From: an uncultured virus (IMG/VR IMGVR_UViG_3300025011_000035)
Taxonomy: Duplodnaviria > Heunggongvirae > Uroviricota > Caudoviricetes
Strand: one strand, 5' to 3'
Virus record (IMG/VR): IMGVR_UViG_3300025011_000035
Length of the DNA: 64,000 nt
Part shown: positions 1 to 10,680 of the stretch, one piece after another
How the letters are laid out: every line of letters begins with the position of its first letter
Numbering within the stretch: the first letter of the stretch is position 1
Notes under the pieces: model-generated
The model's input: only the letters and a program-made list of their open reading frames with translations
Databases searched by the model: none
Told to the model about the DNA's origin: nothing
Translations under genes and position numbers: made by a program

Positions 1-181
1 CTAATCTCTGCCCCGTTAAAATCAATCGTGATTTGCTTTGCTATTGTACCCAACGACCCTAAAGTGTATCTCTTTCCAGATTTAAACTGTACAGTTCCAC
101 CGATAGGACAAGCGTTAATTGCCCCTAATGTGGCACCTGTATCGGTTAGTCCTAGTATATAATGAGCTTCTACCTTTGTCG
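1..181. repeat. Direct repeat, copy 1 (copy 2 at 43827-44007)
   Basis: Base-by-base comparison: 1-127 identical, mismatches at 128, 131, 134 and 149, identity ends after 181. Confidence 0.97.
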
Positions 182-344
182 TATTTTCGGCCTTATACGA
201 CAGAAGTTCTTCGTTTAAATACGCATCATTATTAACTAATTGTTGATGAATGTTATCAAATAGTAAACCATCCCCAGGTGTATTTCTGTCCATTTTTACA
301 ACTTCAGCTAAGAAGTTTGTATTATCTCCTATAGTGTTAGCCAA
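1..344 (-). CDS. Tail fibre / receptor-binding protein of element A, 5' part (runs off the window start; not in ORF track)
   Basis: Own translation from TTG at 344 after SD AAGGGAG: MANTIGDNTNFLAEVVKMDRNTPGDGLLFDNIHQQLVNNDAYLNEELLSYKAENTTKVEAHYILGLTDTG... From TKVEAH on it is near-identical to the 42248..44077 protein. Confidence 0.85.
   Translation of the reverse strand, partial: MANTIGDNTNFLAEVVKMDRNTPGDGLLFDNIHQQLVNNDAYLNEELLSYKAENTTKVEAHYILGLTDTGATLGAINACPIGGTVQFKSGKRYTLGSLGTIAKQITIDFNGAEI
179..200 (-). other. Putative RBP-cassette recombination site S1 (in frame)
   Basis: Minus strand TCGTATAAGGCCGAAAATACGA; 6-bp inverted ends TCGTAT/ATACGA; homology with element B ends here. Confidence 0.65.
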
Positions 345-358
345 TTAATTCATCTCCC

Positions 359-742
359 TTATTGTTGCATTATTACGTCAATCGTCATGGTAGTCGACCC
401 GTCTGTTGCTTTTATATAAAAAGTAGAAATAGAAGCAAAATCACCATCTTCATCGAAAAGACCTGCCTCTGTAATTTGAGTATTTGCAGGTAAATCAGTT
501 GGACTAATGACTAACTCAAACTGTGCTTGAGTAGCAGTTGGAAATGTTGGCGTACCCACACTACGAGTTAAAACTTGATTGTAAAGTCCTGTTTCCGTTC
601 CTATAGGTGTTTTTGGATTACCGCTAACATCAAGTCCACCTGTACCCACACATATAGTCGTGATCTTCGGTAATGCTTCTGTTCCTGCAACAGCTTTAGC
701 CATTTTTTCTCTGTAAGAATTAGTTGTAATATCATAAGCCAT
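359..742 (-). CDS. Baseplate / tail-fibre attachment protein
   Basis: ICVGTGG...ITEAGLFDEDGD motif typical of P2 gpH-N-terminus-like tail collar proteins; lies between the baseplate wedge gene and the fibre. Confidence 0.7.
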   Translation of the reverse strand: MAYDITTNSYREKMAKAVAGTEALPKITTICVGTGGLDVSGNPKTPIGTETGLYNQVLTRSVGTPTFPTATQAQFELVISPTDLPANTQITEAGLFDEDGDFASISTFYIKATDGSTTMTIDVIMQQ

Positions 743-761
743 TAATTTTCACTCTCCTTTT

Positions 762-1643
762 TTATACTGCTATTCCATCAATCTTGACGCTCACAGACCT
801 TAATCCACTTAGATTTTGGTTTGCATTTAATAACCATGCTCCATTTAATACCGAACTTCCTGAATAAATATTTGCTGTTTTTGTTGATCTAATTTTTAAT
901 AATTTTGATTCTAAATGTGATATTATCGCCTTTGAATTTATCCCCAATATATACTTGATTGGTTGTTTAATTTGTGAACCATTCAATATCCATATTCCAT
1001 CAAGTTTACGACCGCCATCAAGAATTATTTGTTGTCCTGATAAATACAAAAGACCAATCTCTCGTTTCAGGTTGATTGATCTTTTACTTTTTGATTCCCC
1101 AGTTCGCATAATTGAGGTTTTATAATTTAAGAATGTATAACGTTTAAATTTCTGTCCAAGAACAACAGTGTAAAGGACTGGATCAAATCTTATATGTGCT
1201 GGTTTAGCTTTAAGAAATGCTTCCATAAAACTTTCAAAATCAATTATATTTATTGCTTTATTACGAGTGCTAAATTTATATTCTTCAGCATAAGGTATAA
1301 ATTCAGTTCCTTTTTGAAAATCAAATATATTACCTAATCTAATTACAGCACTTTTATTAAAAGTCCCTATTCCCATTAATTGTGCTTTTATTCTATTTCT
1401 TCTTGATATTGTTGAATAATCAAATATTGTAGAATATTTTTTTGGTTTTAATCCTAATTCTTTTTCCCAACGATCTAAAGTAAAGTCTATACTATCTATA
1501 AAAAATTGATTTTGAATATTTCTTAATTCAATGTCTACTTCTTCAAATTCTGGATATTCACAGTCTATAATAGTTTGCATCTCTAATGCATCATCAAAAT
1601 ATTTAGGTAAATATGATTTCATTTCATCTTGCTTTTCTGACAT
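762..1643 (-). CDS. XkdU/YmfQ-like (DUF2313) baseplate wedge protein
   Basis: YLPKYF...QFFIDS...LDRWEKELGL...RRNRIKAQL...KPAHI motifs; follows baseplate J. Confidence 0.8.
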   Translation of the reverse strand: MSEKQDEMKSYLPKYFDDALEMQTIIDCEYPEFEEVDIELRNIQNQFFIDSIDFTLDRWEKELGLKPKKYSTIFDYSTISRRNRIKAQLMGIGTFNKSAVIRLGNIFDFQKGTEFIPYAEEYKFSTRNKAINIIDFESFMEAFLKAKPAHIRFDPVLYTVVLGQKFKRYTFLNYKTSIMRTGESKSKRSINLKREIGLLYLSGQQIILDGGRKLDGIWILNGSQIKQPIKYILGINSKAIISHLESKLLKIRSTKTANIYSGSSVLNGAWLLNANQNLSGLRSVSVKIDGIAV

Positions 1644-1659
1644 ATATTTACACCAATCC

Positions 1660-2730
1660 TTATACAGATAAAGTTAAGGAAAGTAAATTTGGTATTTCCT
1701 CATCTTGTAAAACAATATCAGAGATACCCTCATTAACAGATATAGAAACTATACTCCCAATCTCAGGTAATTCCGATAAAATACTTGCTAATTTAAAATA
1801 ACCAATACTACTTTCTAAATAATTTATATCTTTTGTAAAATGATCATTAATTGCTATTTCTGCTGCTAAAGTTGCTTGTTCTAAAGTGAATCCACTTGCT
1901 AAAGTAATTTGAGAAGAAATAATTATATCTTTATAATTTGCTGTCGATACCGTGCATATTGCTCCTATTGGTGCTTGACCTTCTCCTAGTCCAGAAATAT
2001 CAGGATCTAAATATTCTTGAAATTCTTCTATTAAAGTAGAAGTTGCAATTTCGTTATTGGCGTTTAAAATTGATACTTTTACTGTGTTTATACCATCCCA
2101 CAAACTAAATACTTTCACTCTTCCGATACCACCATAAGATATAGCCCATTCAACGTATTGTGCTTTGTTTGCATTGTTTGGATTATTTCTTACTTTATTA
2201 TAATATCTAAAACGTAAATCATAGTCACTCTCTTCATTTTCTGCATAAATTAATATTTCTGTCAAACTGGATGTTTCTAATCCATAGATATAATTAATAG
2301 GAATTAAACTACCAGTAGAAATATTACCTAAAACACCTAATGTTTCACATCTAAGTTTAAATACTCCATCAGATATTTTTTCAACAACTACAAAATTAAT
2401 ATTATTATTAACAACACTAAATCTGTCTCCAATGTTTACATTTAATGGTATTCCTTCACTTCCAGCAAATACTCCTTTTTGAATAGCATAACTCGCAGGA
2501 TTTCTAGTTAAATTATGTTCCAAGCATTTTTTTTCCAAATAATCACTAGATGCTGTATCTGCAAATGCATTATTTAAAACTATATTTAAATCTATATATA
2601 CTTGAGCTAACTCTATTGCTGAAGGTGACAATGCATCATAAACGATACTTCCTTGCCTTTTATCAACGCTATTAGGTACTCTATCAAGCATATCTGACAA
2701 TATGGATTCGTAGGTTTTTTCTTCAAACAT
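1660..2730 (-). CDS. xkdT: Baseplate J/gp47 family protein
   Basis: MFEEKTYESILSDMLDRVP...DKRQGSIVYDALSP...EESDYDLRFRY...APIGAICTV; PBSX-like synteny. Confidence 0.9.
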   Translation of the reverse strand: MFEEKTYESILSDMLDRVPNSVDKRQGSIVYDALSPSAIELAQVYIDLNIVLNNAFADTASSDYLEKKCLEHNLTRNPASYAIQKGVFAGSEGIPLNVNIGDRFSVVNNNINFVVVEKISDGVFKLRCETLGVLGNISTGSLIPINYIYGLETSSLTEILIYAENEESDYDLRFRYYNKVRNNPNNANKAQYVEWAISYGGIGRVKVFSLWDGINTVKVSILNANNEIATSTLIEEFQEYLDPDISGLGEGQAPIGAICTVSTANYKDIIISSQITLASGFTLEQATLAAEIAINDHFTKDINYLESSIGYFKLASILSELPEIGSIVSISVNEGISDIVLQDEEIPNLLSLTLSV

Positions 2731-3133
2731 TAATAGTCACCCCCTCTATATCAATATTTCCTTCAGTTGTATTTGCAGTAAACGATATAAAAATAGAATC
2801 ACTTTCTTCTTTAATAATAAAGTCTGACAATGATAATACCCTATCGTCTTGTTTTAAAGCTTCTAAAAATATTCTTTCTAATTCAGCAGAAATAAAAAGA
2901 ATATCTTTACCAATTAAACTTTCTAATTCAATACCAAAATTCCAATCATAAATTAAGTATTCATATCTTTCTGTTTCAATAATTTTATATATTGCTTGCT
3001 TCATAGCTTGTTTGCCATCAATGTTTCCAATTATTCTTTTATTTACAGTATCATAATAATATGTATAGGTTGGTTGACTGACTATTTCAACATCTTCGCC
3101 TATATTTATTATACTACTTGGTATTAGTGCCAT
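2723..3133 (-). CDS. xkdS: XkdS-like (DUF2634) baseplate protein
   Basis: AMKQAIYKIIETERYEYLIYDWNFGIELESLIG motif; synteny. Confidence 0.85.
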   Translation of the reverse strand: MALIPSSIINIGEDVEIVSQPTYTYYYDTVNKRIIGNIDGKQAMKQAIYKIIETERYEYLIYDWNFGIELESLIGKDILFISAELERIFLEALKQDDRVLSLSDFIIKEESDSIFISFTANTTEGNIDIEGVTINV

Positions 3134-3135
3134 AA

Positions 3136-3489
3136 TTAAACCACCAACTTTGATAAAACAATAAATTTTTGTCCATTTTCAACTCTTAACATAATTACTT
3201 TATCGCCAACTATTAAACCCTCTACAATTACAAATTCACTTAAATCAGGAGATTCTGCATTTGTCGTTCCTTCAGAATATCCATGAGTATGAGAAATATT
3301 TATTTTTTTCTCTATTACAGAAGATGTTAAAATAATGATACTAGAAGTTAATTCTAGTTTTTGGTCAACTTTAATCTTTAATGGTTCAATACTTGTAACT
3401 TCACCATAAACATAATCTGTTAATTTCATACTATTGGTTATATTTAATACTATTTGCTGTATTTCTGGTAAAAACACATAATCCACCAC
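3136..3489 (-). CDS. XkdR-like (DUF2577) spike protein
   Basis: YGEVTSIEPLKIKVDQKL...GLIVGDKVIMLRVENGQKFIVL; synteny. Confidence 0.8.
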   Translation of the reverse strand: MVDYVFLPEIQQIVLNITNSMKLTDYVYGEVTSIEPLKIKVDQKLELTSSIIILTSSVIEKKINISHTHGYSEGTTNAESPDLSEFVIVEGLIVGDKVIMLRVENGQKFIVLSKLVV

Positions 3490-3493
3490 CTCT

Positions 3494-4465
3494 TTAAATT
3501 ATTCTTAATTCAAGGCTCATAATATGATCATCATTAGAAAATGTATGAGTTGCTTTTTCAATAAGCATATATTGATTTAGTTTTACATCATCTAAATCTA
3601 AATTGTTTATAAAAATACTAAAACCTGCTCTGGCACGAATATCACCAAGAACAGGAATGCTTAATTTTTTATAAACTCTATTATACAAATTTAAAGATTG
3701 TGTTGCTCTTTCAGTAATTTGTGCTTCATTTAGATTATCATCAACAACTTCATAATATTGTAATGTACCCCATTTTTCTATATTACTACTATCTTTTACA
3801 ATGTAAACTTCAAGTTTTCCAGTTTCTTTATTGCTTTTTACAAGTTTTACTTGATTGGCTGTATCATCATCAATTGAGGTTGAATAATCAAAATTAGTTA
3901 GATTTGTTTCGCCATCAATAATTAAATCTGTTTTTAAATTCTCAACGTTTCTTAATTGAAGTTTTCCAAAATCATCATATAAAACATATAATTTTTTAGT
4001 TGACAATAATGTTAAATCATTAGCTTTATAAATCATATCTAATAATGTCTTATCTTGTTCAACCATAGAAGGGATCACATAGCCAGTATCTTCAATTGTT
4101 CCTATTGATAATTTCCAATCATTTGCTATTTTAGTTAATACTTCATTAGCTTTTTTATTTTCAAAGAATTCTGTTTCTTTGTTTTTTAAATATCTCATTT
4201 GGTCATATGCAACTACTTTAATTATTTTATCCTTATTTCTACCTCTTGAAAAAACATAACCATAAAATATATTGTTTTTATTATATTTGAATCTAACAAC
4301 TGAACCTTCATAAAATTTAACAATGCCATCATTTATTATTTTAAATTCTAATTTACTTGCTCCACCCATTCTCTCTGTATTCCAAGTGATTTGTCCTTCA
4401 GCCAAATTAGAAACATCATATACATTACCATTAGTATTATCCTGTATCAGTAATTCAATGCTCAT
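3494..4465 (-). CDS. xkdQ: XkdQ/YqbQ-like baseplate hub protein
   Basis: ITWNTERMGGASKLEF...AYDQMRYLKNK...NIEKWGTLQYYE; synteny. Confidence 0.85.
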   Translation of the reverse strand: MSIELLIQDNTNGNVYDVSNLAEGQITWNTERMGGASKLEFKIINDGIVKFYEGSVVRFKYNKNNIFYGYVFSRGRNKDKIIKVVAYDQMRYLKNKETEFFENKKANEVLTKIANDWKLSIGTIEDTGYVIPSMVEQDKTLLDMIYKANDLTLLSTKKLYVLYDDFGKLQLRNVENLKTDLIIDGETNLTNFDYSTSIDDDTANQVKLVKSNKETGKLEVYIVKDSSNIEKWGTLQYYEVVDDNLNEAQITERATQSLNLYNRVYKKLSIPVLGDIRARAGFSIFINNLDLDDVKLNQYMLIEKATHTFSNDDHIMSLELRII

Positions 4466-4478
4466 TTTATTTATCCTC

Positions 4479-5162
4479 TCATTCTAAATCAGGTAAAATT
4501 ATTTTTTGTCCAACATAAATAAGATTAGGATTAGAAATATTATTCAATTCTGCTAATTCTGTATATCTTGAACCATCATTAAGGAATTTTTTTGCAATTG
4601 CCCATAATGTATCACCAGATTTAACAATATATTCTTTAGGTGGGGTTCTTGTTGTTGGTCTTTCAGGCTGTATAGTTACAACCTGAGTTTGTATGCTTGA
4701 AATAGAAGATTTTTGAACTGTTAATTTTTTAGACCCATATTCTCTATATTCTTTTAAATTTATAGAATAATCCCATTGACCGAGTGTTCCTGCTGTTTCT
4801 GTTTCGGTAAAATCTTCAATTGTAACTAACATATTTGTTTTTACGTTATTGCCTTTTCTAGTTATAATAAATCTAACTGGTTTTTTACTTTCTCTGTATT
4901 CTCTAAATTTATCCAAATAAAACGAAGGATATTCAAATTTATTTTTTGTTACTACCCAAGGATAATCTGGACTTTCTGGAAGTATACTTTTAAAACTTAA
5001 ATCTCTTAAAGGAACATCTCTAATAACATTGATTTCACCAATATTTACTAACTCATATGTTTTATTACTACTTTTTGTTTTTATACTAAATTCAGGTGGG
5101 TTTACTGGAAGACGTATAGTAACACCTTCCATATCAAAAAATATTCCATAATCCTCAGTCAT
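4479..5162 (-). CDS. xkdP: XkdP-like LysM-domain tail protein
   Basis: RLPVNPPE N-terminus; C-terminal Lys[17 protein letters not shown]...[11 protein letters not shown]. Confidence 0.9.
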   Translation of the reverse strand: MTEDYGIFFDMEGVTIRLPVNPPEFSIKTKSSNKTYELVNIGEINVIRDVPLRDLSFKSILPESPDYPWVVTKNKFEYPSFYLDKFREYRESKKPVRFIITRKGNNVKTNMLVTIEDFTETETAGTLGQWDYSINLKEYREYGSKKLTVQKSSISSIQTQVVTIQPERPTTRTPPKEYIVKSGDTLWAIAKKFLNDGSRYTELAELNNISNPNLIYVGQKIILPDLE

Positions 5163-7630
5163 TAACTATACGCCCCCTCTGCTGACAAAGAAATTTGTTC
5201 AGCTAAAATTTCTTTAATTCTAGTTGCAATTCCATCTACATCTGCTGTTTCTCTTACATCTCCAAATGATACATTAATATTTGGTGCAAGCATTGATATT
5301 TTATTTATTGCATCTCTTTCAGCAACATCACGCAGTAATTTTATATCTTCAGCATTAATTTTTACGTCACCTTTAATACTTCCGATCTGTGAATTACCTT
5401 TACCATCGCCAAAAAGATTTTCTTGACTATTTAGTAAAGAATTCATTTTATCGCCAATCATGCCCGAAATATCTTGTAAACCATTTACAGCAAATTGTCC
5501 TGCTTTCACTCCAATTTCTTGCCCTTTGTCAAATGCAGTTCCATAGTCAACCTGATTAAATCTCATTAATTTAACTACGTCTTTTTCACTTTTAAGACTA
5601 TCTCTACCAGAATTTAATTTATCAAGAATACCTGTCATTCCACTAGTTATATTTGTACTCATTCCAGGTATCATATTGATTACATTTTCAATACCTTTTG
5701 CTATATTTGTCAAAAAGCTTAAAACATTTATAGACATATCATAGAATAATTTTTGAATAGCATACACGGGATCTATAAATACATTAGCAAAGAATTCTGC
5801 CACTGATAAAACAGTATTGGCAAATCCTGCAAACAAATTAAATAAAAATCCAAATAGTACACCAAATATTCCACCAACAATACCAATTACTTGTACTGTA
5901 GTATCTCCGAAATTTAGCATTGCATATAGTAATAGTCCTATGGCTGCTCCAATTAAGAGTATAGGCCAATTTAAAATTAACCATGCTGCTGCTTGTGCTA
6001 TGATAGGTTCAAGCATTAACCATAATTTAAGTGTAAGCATTGGTATTTGAGTCATTCCCCATAGGATAAAAGCTGCACTAATTGCATAAAGAATAGGTTG
6101 AATTGTTCCCCAATTATTTTGGAAAAACAAACCAATGGATATAATTGCATTTAATAATATATTAATACCTGCTATTAAAGCTGTGAGCGCATTTCCGATA
6201 TTATTAACAAGTTGAGATCCACCTTCAGAGTTTAATAAATTTGTAATTGTTTGCTGAATAGGAATTAAACTCATCATCATTTTATTTTTAATTAGATTTC
6301 CAATATCTCCAAATGTCATAGGTATTTTAGCAAACATTTTATTTGTTTCATCTGCTGTATTAAATAAAGCATTTTTAATAATCTGTGCTGTTATTTTTCC
6401 TTCTGATCCAAGCTTTTTCAATTCTCCTTGTGTTGCTCCCATTTCTTTTGCAATAGCCTGTGCAAGCATTGGGGCATTTTCATTGATTGATCTAAATTCA
6501 TCACCCTGAAGTTTACCTGCTGCCATGGCCTGATTTAATTGGTATGTGGCTGCTGTTTGTTCTTGGAGGGATGCACCAGATATTTTAAATTGCTTATTCA
6601 TTTGTTGTGCAAACAAAATAGATTCATCATTTGTTGGGAAAGCGTCTTTCGCCAACATATTAAGTTTAGCAACAGTAGCACTCATCAGGGAATATTCCCC
6701 TCTAGATTCTTGTGCTGCTTGATATATTTTTTGCTGTAATTCAGCTTGTGTCTGACTTCCATCGTTAATAAGATTTAACCTTGCTGCAATATTACTCATA
6801 TTGTCTAAAGTTTCAATACCTTGCTTTACAGCAAAAATACCGACTAAACCACCGATAACTCCTTTTAAACTAGAAAATATTCCACTAGACCTTTGTGCTT
6901 CATTATTCAATTGTCTTTGACTATTTACATTATTATTTATACCAGTATTTGTCTCATTAACAATCATAGTAGACCTTCGAGCTTCACTATTTAACTGTCT
7001 TTGACTATTTGTGGTATTATTTACACCATTATTCAATTGACTTTGACTAACAATATTATTGTTTATACTATTATTAGTTTGATTAATACTTTGGGTTGTT
7101 CTTTGAAATTCTCTACTTGCACTTGTAACTTCACTATTAAAACGTCTTTGATTATTAGTTGTGTCATTTATCCTATTACTTAACTGACTTTGATTGTTTG
7201 AAATATTGTTTATGCCACTATTAGTTTGATTAATGCTTTGTGCGGTTCTTTGAACTTCATTATTAAATTGCCTTTGATTGTTTGCAGAATTAACTAAACC
7301 TCCATTTGTTTGTCTAACATTTTGTGCCATCATTTGAACTTCTCTATTTGAATTTTGAACTTCGCTATTAAATTCTCTTTGTCTATTAGTATTATTATTT
7401 ATATCACCATTTGTTTGTCTAATACTTTGTGTCATATTTTGAATTGCTCTATTTGCGCTTGTGATTTCTCCTCTTGCTTGTGCAATGGTCTGGCTCATTT
7501 GCATATCCCTTGAAGTTGCTGAATTGAGTTGCTCCATAACATTCAAAGTCATATGCATAGCTCTAACAATACCCTGTAGAGGTCTTGAAATTTGATCATT
7601 AATTCTTAAAGTAGATGCATAAGTAGACAT
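5162..7630 (-). CDS. Tape measure protein (element A)
   Basis: Tape-measure domain [26 protein letters not shown]-rich N-terminal repeats (QRxFNxEV), hydrophobic central segment; position. Confidence 0.92.
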   Translation of the reverse strand: MSTYASTLRINDQISRPLQGIVRAMHMTLNVMEQLNSATSRDMQMSQTIAQARGEITSANRAIQNMTQSIRQTNGDINNNTNRQREFNSEVQNSNREVQMMAQNVRQTNGGLVNSANNQRQFNNEVQRTAQSINQTNSGINNISNNQSQLSNRINDTTNNQRRFNSEVTSASREFQRTTQSINQTNNSINNNIVSQSQLNNGVNNTTNSQRQLNSEARRSTMIVNETNTGINNNVNSQRQLNNEAQRSSGIFSSLKGVIGGLVGIFAVKQGIETLDNMSNIAARLNLINDGSQTQAELQQKIYQAAQESRGEYSLMSATVAKLNMLAKDAFPTNDESILFAQQMNKQFKISGASLQEQTAATYQLNQAMAAGKLQGDEFRSINENAPMLAQAIAKEMGATQGELKKLGSEGKITAQIIKNALFNTADETNKMFAKIPMTFGDIGNLIKNKMMMSLIPIQQTITNLLNSEGGSQLVNNIGNALTALIAGINILLNAIISIGLFFQNNWGTIQPILYAISAAFILWGMTQIPMLTLKLWLMLEPIIAQAAAWLILNWPILLIGAAIGLLLYAMLNFGDTTVQVIGIVGGIFGVLFGFLFNLFAGFANTVLSVAEFFANVFIDPVYAIQKLFYDMSINVLSFLTNIAKGIENVINMIPGMSTNITSGMTGILDKLNSGRDSLKSEKDVVKLMRFNQVDYGTAFDKGQEIGVKAGQFAVNGLQDISGMIGDKMNSLLNSQENLFGDGKGNSQIGSIKGDVKINAEDIKLLRDVAERDAINKISMLAPNINVSFGDVRETADVDGIATRIKEILAEQISLSAEGAYS

Positions 7631-7658
7631 TTTTTTACACCTCCCCTAAACAAAATAA

Positions 7659-7689
7659 AAAACCACTTACTTTTTTAGTAAGAGGTTTT
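7659..7689 (-). terminator. Intrinsic terminator after the moron
   Basis: AAAACCACTTAC-N7-GTAAGAGGTTTT hairpin with a T-run on the minus strand. Confidence 0.6.
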
Positions 7690-7714
7690 ATCTAACTTAT
7701 TCTTATCTACTTAA

Positions 7715-8152
7715 TTAATATTGTGCCTTAATTCTCATAATATGGTTATATAAATTATCAATTTGTTTAGGATGTTTTGATGTAAATACTATTTCAACAT
7801 CATTGTATTTTCTACTCTTATCTTTTAAATCAATTTCCTTAAATTTGAATGAAATATATCTATTTTCAATATTTTGCTTCTTTTTAAAGGCGAATGCAAA
7901 AATACCTACTAATAATAATCTTGTAGCCGTAACTCTTTCAGAAAATTGTTTTTCATTTTCAATTGTAACATCTATTTCGGATAAATTTGTTTCAATTAAA
8001 GGTTTCTTATTAAAAACACCAAATTTAATTTCTTTATCATAAATTTTAACAAGTAATTCTAAATCATTCTTCCATTCTGGAAATCCACCAACATAATTTA
8101 AAAAACACATTGCATCTGGTTTGTTTTTAAATAACAAGTTAATTAATCCCAT
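7715..8152 (-). CDS. Moron-type protein with a short hydrophobic segment
   Basis: Inserted between tail chaperone and TMP with its own promoter and terminator; ERVTATRLLLVGIFAFAFKKK segment. Confidence 0.7.
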   Translation of the reverse strand: MGLINLLFKNKPDAMCFLNYVGGFPEWKNDLELLVKIYDKEIKFGVFNKKPLIETNLSEIDVTIENEKQFSERVTATRLLLVGIFAFAFKKKQNIENRYISFKFKEIDLKDKSRKYNDVEIVFTSKHPKQIDNLYNHIMRIKAQY

Positions 8153-8167
8153 ATTGGCACCTCATTT

Positions 8168-8217
8168 CAATATTTGATAATTATTATACTATAAAATACA
8201 ATAATTATCAAATATTG
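8168..8217 (-). promoter_or_regulatory. Sigma-A promoter of the moron, embedded in an 18-bp inverted repeat
   Basis: Minus strand TTGATA (8211-8206)-17 bp-TATAAT (8188-8183); arms CAATATTTGATAATTATT / AATAATTATCAAATATTG. Confidence 0.7.
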
Positions 8218-8236
8218 TTTATTTTGTTTTTCTTGT

Positions 8237-8398
8237 TTATTTATTCTTTTTTTCATCTTCTATTCTAAGATCAATACTTGCAATAGTTAATGCTCTTTCC
8301 CTATCATCCATTTCAGCAAAATCTTTAATTCTTATTTTTAATTTTTGAAGAGCAAAGTGAGCATACATAGCTTCTCCACCCTCCTTTATTAGTTTTTT
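8237..8398 (-). CDS. Tail assembly chaperone extension (T part) reached by -1 frameshift; not in ORF track
   Basis: Slippery A AAA AAC at 8398-8392 just before the stop. The -1 frame reads KKLIKEGGEAMYAHFALQKLKIRIKDFAEMDDRERALTIASIDLRIEDEKKNK (internal ATG at 8368). Confidence 0.75.
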   Translation of the reverse strand, partial: KKLIKEGGEAMYAHFALQKLKIRIKDFAEMDDRERALTIASIDLRIEDEKKNK

Positions 8399-8799
8399 GC
8401 TTCTTCTACTAACTCTTCCATTCCTGTATCAAATCCACACAAAACTAATATCTTTTCTGAAAGTCTTGCAATTTCGCCAGCTTTTAATTTTTTATTTAAA
8501 TAAAGTTCTGGACTTACACCACAACCTGCTTTCTTAATACTTTCCGCATCTTTGAAATTAGGATTTACTGTTCCTTTTATGACAATTTGTTCATTAAATT
8601 TTGCACTGTCAAAATCTGCACCTTTTTTAGATATTTTTGTACATTCTTTTTGAATGATTTTATATTCATCCATTGGAATATTTTTAATTGTGAACTTTAA
8701 AAGATTACCTTCTTTATCTTTAAATCTCTCTGATACTGTTACTTCTTCTATTAATTCATCAATTGAATTCTCATCTAAAAAATCTTGTAATGCTGACAT
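8389..8799 (-). CDS. xkdN: XkdN-like tail assembly chaperone
   Basis: VSERFKDKEG...VNPNFKDAE...AGEIARL...LVEEAKN; follows the tube gene. Confidence 0.85.
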   Translation of the reverse strand: MSALQDFLDENSIDELIEEVTVSERFKDKEGNLLKFTIKNIPMDEYKIIQKECTKISKKGADFDSAKFNEQIVIKGTVNPNFKDAESIKKAGCGVSPELYLNKKLKAGEIARLSEKILVLCGFDTGMEELVEEAKN

Positions 8800-8878
8800 T
8801 TGTAAAAACCCCTTTTAATTTTATTTTGTTTATTTGGGTATGTAGTTTTACCACATACCCAAACCAATTTTTATTATT

Positions 8879-9334
8879 TTATAGTTTAGTAAAGCTATTT
8901 AGAATTTCAAAATCATCAAATGTGAATGAAATTTCTTCATCCATTGCTGTAGCTTCAATATCAAGTTTTGCAATTATAACACTATCAATATTGCAATTCT
9001 TTAATACCACTGTCTGCTTTCCTGTAGCTGAAGCAAGATCTTCGTTCGTAACTTGAATATCGAAATATACGTCTTTCCCTGTTTTATTATAGTCTGCCAT
9101 TAACTTCCTAAAAATAGTAGTTACATAGTAAATGGTCAGAGTTCCAGTGCCTTTCCAACCTTTTGCTTTAGAGCCTGTTCCCCTCCTACCTAAAACTAAT
9201 ATTTCTTCTTTGTTTTTATCAACTTTTGCTTCAACTTTTTTTACATAAGCTAGATTTTCTATACTTCCATTAATATTTGCAAATGCAGTACCTTCTCCAC
9301 CATTAACTACATCTTTTACGTTTTTAAAAGCCAT
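8879..9334 (-). CDS. xkdM: Tail tube protein
   Basis: KGWKGTGTLTIYYVT...DIQVTNED...FTFDDFE, XkdM signature. Confidence 0.92.
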   Translation of the reverse strand: MAFKNVKDVVNGGEGTAFANINGSIENLAYVKKVEAKVDKNKEEILVLGRRGTGSKAKGWKGTGTLTIYYVTTIFRKLMADYNKTGKDVYFDIQVTNEDLASATGKQTVVLKNCNIDSVIIAKLDIEATAMDEEISFTFDDFEILNSFTKL

Positions 9335-9351
9335 TTCTTAACTCTCCTTTC

Positions 9352-10677
9352 TTAACCTACATTAACTGTGACATAGACCTTCTCTATTGCGTCTACAGGT
9401 TGAGCAAAAATTCCCATCAAAACCGCATCAGAATCTTCTCCCTCAGCAATAACGATATCTGTTTCAGCATCAAAATTCTTAACAGCATTTATACCTTGCA
9501 AAGTATTCATATAGGTGATGATTTCATTTTTCAATAAATTTCTACCATCAGCATTATTATCAACTTTTCCAATGTAAAAATTTTCATAGATTTTCTTTGC
9601 GTCTACTGCAATTGAATCTAATACACGAATTGGACGATTCTTTCTAAATGTTTTGCTTTTATCGACAGTAAATGAGACAAAAGTATTGATATCTTGCTCA
9701 ACAATTACGTCACCACTAGCATTTTTAGTAAATACAAATTCACCAGCATTTAAAGCAGTTATTATTTGGCTATTTGTATAAATTGGATTTATTGGTATAT
9801 CCCCACTATATTTAGTATAAGTAAGAGATTGATTAACTGCTGCTCCTGCTGTTGCTCCTGCTACCCAAGCAACCATTGAAGCACTATTTTTAACGGAAAT
9901 AATTCCTTCGTAATCTGAACTTGCAGAATTATATAAAACTGCTTGTATTTTTCGTCCTTCAGTGTCTCTTAAACGAGCAACAAAAGCTTCGTACAAGGCT
10001 TTAATATCAGAATCATCACCAATATATCCAACTGTATTAAAATCTTTAACTTCAATCGCAGTAGTAAAATTAGTATGATTAGAACTCGAAACAGTGCCAT
10101 TAGTACCTGAAATTAATGCTGTTCCTGCAGTTACAGCTAAAACACCAGTTCCAGAAAATACAACCCAATCATTTGCTACTAATGCTGCAATTGTTGCTAC
10201 AACTTGTCTATCCATTTCAACACTATCTAGGTATGTAATTACATCGAATTTTGTTTCATCATCAATATTCTCTTGAACAGCCACGGAAATATCATTGCCA
10301 CGCAAACCTGTATATTTTGCAGTACAAACTAAATTACCAAGTGTTTTTGTTGCCTTAACTCCTGTATTGAGTCTATAAACATAAACTTTTGCAGAATTTC
10401 TTAAAGCTTCTCTAACATAGAATAATTGATTTGTTGGTGTTTCTGCTGTAGCATAACCATATAAATCACCGTCAAATAAATCATATCCATATTTTTTAAA
10501 GAAATCTGAACCACCATCCAATTCAACTACTGTTGCTTCTTCTCCCCAATTCATAATAAGAGGTAATGCACAAATTCCTCGATCACTTACTGCCCCTAAA
10601 GTATCTGGAACAGCCTTAAAATTAACATATATTCCAGGTCTTACCTTATTCTGAGTTACCCAAGTTCCTCCAGCCAT
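9352..10677 (-). CDS. xkdK: Tail sheath protein
   Basis: MAGGTWVTQNKVRPGIYVNF...KNRPIRVLDSI...YIGKVDNNADGRNLLK. Confidence 0.95.
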   Translation of the reverse strand: MAGGTWVTQNKVRPGIYVNFKAVPDTLGAVSDRGICALPLIMNWGEEATVVELDGGSDFFKKYGYDLFDGDLYGYATAETPTNQLFYVREALRNSAKVYVYRLNTGVKATKTLGNLVCTAKYTGLRGNDISVAVQENIDDETKFDVITYLDSVEMDRQVVATIAALVANDWVVFSGTGVLAVTAGTALISGTNGTVSSSNHTNFTTAIEVKDFNTVGYIGDDSDIKALYEAFVARLRDTEGRKIQAVLYNSASSDYEGIISVKNSASMVAWVAGATAGAAVNQSLTYTKYSGDIPINPIYTNSQIITALNAGEFVFTKNASGDVIVEQDINTFVSFTVDKSKTFRKNRPIRVLDSIAVDAKKIYENFYIGKVDNNADGRNLLKNEIITYMNTLQGINAVKNFDAETDIVIAEGEDSDAVLMGIFAQPVDAIEKVYVTVNVG

Positions 10678-10680
10678 GTT

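Noticed and set aside
6890..7450. Tandem DNA repeats as a non-coding array
   Set aside because: They are degenerate coding repeats (QRxFNxEV, N/Q-rich) inside the TMP.
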